A program made the translations under genes and the position numbers. A stretch of DNA of 64,000 nt from Microthyrium microscopicum (Eukaryota), in contig MU004236.1 of NCBI GenBank assembly GCA_010405405.1, forward strand, positions 1,680,070-1,744,069, in the 5' to 3' direction. The notes beneath the pieces are model-generated. The model ran no database searches, was not told where the DNA came from, and saw only the letters and a list, made by a program, of their open reading frames with translations. Below, one piece after another: positions 59,204 to 64,000 of this stretch. Every line of letters begins with the position of its first letter. Positions within the stretch are counted from its first letter, which is position 1.

Positions 59204-62200
59204 ATGCCATCCTCTAAACAAACAAGCCATGGCCCTCCTTCCTCCGCTCCCCTACACATGGCCACCACAACTCTCAAAATCGAGGGTATGACATGCGGCG
59301 CATGTACATCATCCGTCGAAGCCGCCCTACAGGGCGTACCAGGCGCCGGCTCTGTTACTGTAAGCCTGGTTATGGAGCGCGCCGTTGTCCAGCACGACCC
59401 AATAGCTTTACCAGCTCAGAAAATAAAGGAATTGATAGATGATCGGGGGTTTGACGCGGAAGTGCTCTCATCGGACCTACCGGATCAAGAGGCGGATGAT
59501 TCGGACATTGATCTTCTGAGCGACGATGAGGAAATCGCCGAGGAAAATTCACTCTGTACAACAACACTTACTGTCGGAGGTATGACATGTGGCGCTTGCA
59601 CGTCAGCAGTCGAAGGCGCTTTCAAAAATGTCGCCGGAATCAAGTCTTTCAGCGTTTCCCTCCTATCCGAACGAGCCGTCGCCGAGCACGATACATCCAT
59701 ATTACCACCCGCGAAATTGGCCGAGATAATAGAAGATGCGGGATTCGAAGCAAATGTACTGAATACAGAAAAAGTAAAGGTTGAGCCTCGGAGTCACAAG
59801 GGTTCGCGCAAGGAAAAATTGCAAAGCATGCTCACAACCACGGTCGCCATTGAGGGCATGACATGCGGCGCATGCACATCTGCAGTCGAATCGGGCTTTA
59901 AAGATGTGGATGGTCTCTTACAATTCAACATCAGTCTGTTGGCTGAACGCGCAGTACTTATACACGATCCGACGAAGCTTACGGCCGCCAAAATAGCTGA
60001 ATTGATAGAAGATCGCGGGTTTGGTGCAGAGATAATTTCTTCAGTAGAGTCGTCGTCACATTCGTCTTCATCAACAACAGCGCATCTGAAAATATTTGGA
60101 CTATCGGATAACCAAGCCGTGACTGAACTGGAGACCTCGCTCAGGTCTCTTCACGGCATATCGAGTGTTCAGATCAATCTTTCGAATTCGAGAGCAGTTG
60201 TCTCACATAAACCAACCGCGATTGGCTTACGTGCGATTGTTGAGCATATCGAGAAGGCCGGCTACAACGCTTTAGTTGCAGATTCTGCTGACAACAATGC
60301 TCAATTGGAATCACTCGCAAAAACCAAAGAGATCCAGGAATGGCGCCGAGCTTTCTGGACTTCACTCTATTATGCAATTCCTGTCATATTGATTGGCATG
60401 ATTTTCCCCATGTTTATACACTTTCTCGATTTCGGCAGCTATTTCCTTGGCTGCGGTCTATGGCTCGGCGATGTCATCTGTTTATTCCTCACTATACCCG
60501 TACAGTTCGGCATTGGCCGGCGTTTCTACGTTTCTGCATATAAATCCATCAAACACGGATCTCCAACCATGGATGTCCTGGTTGTCATTGGCACATCAGC
60601 TGCCTTTTTCTTTAGCGTTGCTTCTATGGCTGTTTCTGCAATATTCCCCCCACATTCCCGTCCTAGCACAGTGTTTGATACCAGTGTTATGCTTATTACT
60701 TTCGTCTGCATGGGACGATATCTGGAAAACCGAGCCAAGGGTCAGACTTCAAAGGCTCTTTCACGGCTCATGTCCTTGGCTCCATCAATGGCCACTATAT
60801 ACGCCGATCCCATTGCGGCTTCAAAGCAAGCAGAAGACTGGGATGTCGAAGAAGATGAGAAGACTGGAGGTCCAAGGAAGAGCATGAGCTCTGCTGCTGA
60901 AGAAAAGACCATTCCAACAGAGCTTCTAGAAGTCGGCGATGTTGTAATTCTCAAGCCTGGTGACAAGATCCCAGCTGATGGTACCGTCATCCGAGGCGAA
61001 AGCTATGTCAACGAGAGTATGGTGACAGGAGAAGCCATGCCAATTCTCAAGAAAAAGGGAACCATCCTCATGGCTGGAACTGTCAATGGAGCAGGTCGAG
61101 TCGACTTTACCGTCAGCCGAGCAGGCCGTGATACTCAACTCAGCCAAATTGTTCGATTGGTTCAAGAAGCTCAGACTACCCGTGCTCCAATCCAGCGTGT
61201 TGCTGATCTCGTTGCTGGTTATTTCGTCTACATCATTCTCACTCTCGGCGCTGCTACATTTGTTGCCTGGATCTTTCTCAGTCACGTCATGTCAAATCCT
61301 CCAGCCATTTTCCTACAAGCTGCTAGTGGTGGCAAGATCATGGTTTGTGTAAAGCTTTGCATTTCGGTCATTGTATTTGCCTGCCCCTGTGCTCTAGGAC
61401 TCGCTACTCCAACGGCTGTGATGGTTGGTACTGGCGTGGGCGCTGAGAAGGGTATTCTCATCAAAGGAGGTGCAACACTCGAAACTGCCACCAAGATCAA
61501 CCATGTCGTTTTTGACAAGACTGGTACTCTCACTGTAGGCAAGATGAGTGTCTCCAAGTTCAATCTTAGCGGAGAATGGGCCAACGATGAGAAAGCTAGC
61601 CGTCTCTGGTGGACCCTTGTTGGCCTCTCAGAAATGGGCTCCGAGCATCCCATCGCCAAAGCCATCGTCCTATCCGCCAAAGAACATCTCCATCTCTCCC
61701 ACGAGTCTGGTCTCGATGGTAGTGTCGGCGACTTCAAAGCCATCATCGGCAAAGGAATCATTGCCCACTGCGAAGCAGCCATCAGCCCATCCAACAAACG
61801 TTACCGCGTCCTCATCGGAAACACCACTTTCCTCCGCGCTGAAGGCATCACTGTTCCAGACCTCGCATCTCTGGACGATGATCTCCTCTCCTCCACCGAC
61901 AGCCTCTCCGCACCTCATCCAACCCGTCTCAACTCCGCTGGCACAACATCCATCCACATTGCCATCGACACCTCCTATGCTGGCAACATCGCCCTCTCCG
62001 ACTCCATCAAACCATCCGCCCGCGCCACAATCCTCGCCCTCCAACGTCTCGGCGTCTCCGCCTCCATCGTCGCCCGCGCAGTCGGCATCCCAGCCAAAAA
62101 TGTCCACGCAGCCTGCACACCAGGCGACAAACAAGCTCTTCTCGAAACCATGCAAGCGCCTCTCAATGCTGGCGGCTCAGGCTATACGTGCGCCATGGTC

Positions 62201-62755
62201 GGCGATGGCATCAACGACAGCCCAGCACTCGCTACCGCAGCCGTCGGTGTCGCGCTAGCCAGTGGCACTGATGTTGCAATGGAAGCTGCGTCCATAGTCC
62301 TCATGAACGCCGGTGACCTCCTCGCCGTCCCAGCCTCCCTCCACCTCTCCCGCTACATCTTCGGCCGCATCCGACTGAATCTTCTCTGGGCATGCGGCTA
62401 CAATGTCGTCGGCCTCCCCTTCGCAATGGGCTTTTTCCTTCCATGGGGCTACAGTGTCCATCCAATGGCAGCCGGTGCCGCAATGGCGCTAAGCAGTGTC
62501 AGCGTAGTAGCTTCTTCGCTAGCTCTTAAATGGTGGTGTCGGCCATCGTGGATGCGCGTTAGCGTACTTGATCCAGGCAGTGCGGGTGCGGAGGATGAAA
62601 TTATTGATGAGCCGGCGTGGCTGTGGGGTGAGGTCGTTGGTACTGTGGTTCGGACGCCCGGTCGGTGGGTTATGAGTGTAGTGGGACGGTTGAGGGGACG
62701 GAAGGTGGAGGAGCGTGGTGCGTATGTGCAGTTGAGAGATATTGAGCAGCCGTAG
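59204..62755 (+). CDS. CCC2: P1B-type copper-transporting ATPase (Ccc2/CtpA-like)
   Basis: Three GMTCGAC HMA domains plus one degenerate HMA, TGEA, CPC, DKTGT, SEHP, GDGINDSPAL, YN, MALSS; TGD motif absent. Alternative start at 59258. Confidence 0.93.
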   Translation: MPSSKQTSHGPPSSAPLHMATTTLKIEGMTCGACTSSVEAALQGVPGAGSVTVSLVMERAVVQHDPIALPAQKIKELIDDRGFDAEVLSSDLPDQEADDSDIDLLSDDEEIAEENSLCTTTLTVGGMTCGACTSAVEGAFKNVAGIKSFSVSLLSERAVAEHDTSILPPAKLAEIIEDAGFEANVLNTEKVKVEPRSHKGSRKEKLQSMLTTTVAIEGMTCGACTSAVESGFKDVDGLLQFNISLLAERAVLIHDPTKLTAAKIAELIEDRGFGAEIISSVESSSHSSSSTTAHLKIFGLSDNQAVTELETSLRSLHGISSVQINLSNSRAVVSHKPTAIGLRAIVEHIEKAGYNALVADSADNNAQLESLAKTKEIQEWRRAFWTSLYYAIPVILIGMIFPMFIHFLDFGSYFLGCGLWLGDVICLFLTIPVQFGIGRRFYVSAYKSIKHGSPTMDVLVVIGTSAAFFFSVASMAVSAIFPPHSRPSTVFDTSVMLITFVCMGRYLENRAKGQTSKALSRLMSLAPSMATIYADPIAASKQAEDWDVEEDEKTGGPRKSMSSAAEEKTIPTELLEVGDVVILKPGDKIPADGTVIRGESYVNESMVTGEAMPILKKKGTILMAGTVNGAGRVDFTVSRAGRDTQLSQIVRLVQEAQTTRAPIQRVADLVAGYFVYIILTLGAATFVAWIFLSHVMSNPPAIFLQAASGGKIMVCVKLCISVIVFACPCALGLATPTAVMVGTGVGAEKGILIKGGATLETATKINHVVFDKTGTLTVGKMSVSKFNLSGEWANDEKASRLWWTLVGLSEMGSEHPIAKAIVLSAKEHLHLSHESGLDGSVGDFKAIIGKGIIAHCEAAISPSNKRYRVLIGNTTFLRAEGITVPDLASLDDDLLSSTDSLSAPHPTRLNSAGTTSIHIAIDTSYAGNIALSDSIKPSARATILALQRLGVSASIVARAVGIPAKNVHAACTPGDKQALLETMQAPLNAGGSGYTCAMVGDGINDSPALATAAVGVALASGTDVAMEAASIVLMNAGDLLAVPASLHLSRYIFGRIRLNLLWACGYNVVGLPFAMGFFLPWGYSVHPMAAGAAMALSSVSVVASSLALKWWCRPSWMRVSVLDPGSAGAEDEIIDEPAWLWGEVVGTVVRTPGRWVMSVVGRLRGRKVEERGAYVQLRDIEQP

Positions 62756-63052
62756 GGATTGATATTGTATGATAGTTCTTTTTCTTTTGTGTAGATAGGA
62801 ATTGTGTTTGGTTTGTGAATGAACTTAAAGATTATGTACTTGTCTATTATCTGTGATGGCCAAAAGGTATATTATATTACACATTTAACGGCGCGGCTTT
62901 CTTCATTGTATAAATATCCTTTTGCCACAGGCTGGGAGACCATGTTGATGGGGGCTGTCTTCAGCTTCACATCTTCGTGTATATCGTCCTTCATGTGTAT
63001 ATCGTTCCATCGTAAGTCTAATACATCGTTCCATCGTAAGCATATCGAGTCA

Positions 63053-64000
63053 TTAAACAGAACCTAGTGGTGCATTGCATCGGCCTTCCTCCTCAAGCCA
63101 AGCCAACACATCTCGACGAAGTCCTTCCCGTACCAAGTCTCGATCAGGATGGACGTCATTGCCCGCTTCCACCAAGAAGTTTTCAGGTGCGATGCCTGGG
63201 GCGACAGATGGGAGCCAGATGCCCCGAACACTCATCAATCTCTCTATAGATCACACAAGACTAGCTCATAATCTTCAGCCTAGTAACATAGTTTCCTCAG
63301 TTATTCGTAACTTTTGGTCCAAGATTAGTCAGATCTGGGGTAGATAGTTCATTCAACATTACACAATATATCCTGCTACCGTCGCGGATTTTACTACCAG
63401 CGAATTCTTGTTTTCAATTCTGGCTTCGTAGGGTTGGGAGCATCGGGCAGTCTTTTCAAGCGATGTGACGGGGCGTACTCGTTTGCGTTTTAGTCGGCGA
63501 AGCGCCCGTTCTTTATCGACCAAACGCGTCCGTCAACAACATTGTTCCTGGGCGGTTCGTACATACTGCAAAGAATATGGCAAAGGTTTGGGCGTCAATT
63601 ACCAACGTCGCGGGTCTTTGTCGATGATGATATATATACTCTCGCCGAATTATGTGAGCAATTGTGCTCATTAGGAGTATTTCCTCGAATCTCCAAGTGC
63701 GCCGTTATCCTCATAAGAAAGATATCGAGCCATTACTGGAACCCAGCTGGTGGATCCGCTCGTCCTTCAGTACTCAGCCAAATCTTCACCGCTTCCAAAA
63801 TCCCGTTTCGAACGATGGTCTGGTCCTGGTTAGACGAATCACCGGCTTCTTTCATCGCAAGTTTGGGTGCGAACTGTGGGCAAGCTTCGGAGACGATCTT
63901 TGCCATTGACCAAGTGAGTCCATAGCAATCGTTGTTCTTCAGCGACTCGTATATGCTGCAGAGGACATGGGACAGACGAGGATGAGTATCGGTTGCAGCA
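63053..64000 (-). pseudogene. 3' end of an unknown gene (runs off the window) followed by degraded tandem copies of the same domain
   Basis: Open frame 64000-63733 (..HPRLSHVLCSIYESLKNN..EAG..VRNG..WLSTEGRADPPAG) resembles stop-containing fragments at ~63490-63595 and ~63053-63290. Confidence 0.6.

Noticed and set aside
63001..63040. 16-bp direct repeat ATCGTTCCATCGTAAG x2
   Set aside because: Simple local duplication in 3' intergenic DNA with no supporting structure.

Overview
Gene-dense, intron-rich DNA from a filamentous ascomycete (Pezizomycotina; class not determinable from this window), with about 25 protein-coding loci and ~45-60 nt GT-AG introns with CTRAC branch points. Recognisable genes: PMS1, an MCT-type MFS transporter, an O-GlcNAc transferase, RPL12, SEC62, a GCP6-like gamma-tubulin complex subunit, SNRNP40, a Ppo dioxygenase-P450 fusion, a PrpF-family isomerase, a DUF1479/Gig2-like oxygenase, ROK1, CSN7 and a Ccc2-type Cu-ATPase. 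Accessory elements: an OTT_1508-like deaminase, a degenerate SRPK-like kinase, two tandem APH-like kinases, a RIP-like MITE, a ~145-bp triple tandem repeat and a decayed tandem domain array at the right edge. Most notable: (1) the second APH-like kinase is one long frame broken by a single in-frame TAG that aligns to a Leu of its intact neighbour, a candidate for stop correction by A-to-I editing or readthrough; (2) the DUF1479 gene keeps its last His ligand only if an intron ends in TG; (3) the Ppo combines 8R-dioxygenase-type residues with a Cys-less P450 domain; (4) the Cu-ATPase lacks the TGD motif; (5) C-rich to G-rich skew switches recur independently of gene direction. All calls and exon boundaries are by-eye; no database searches were run.
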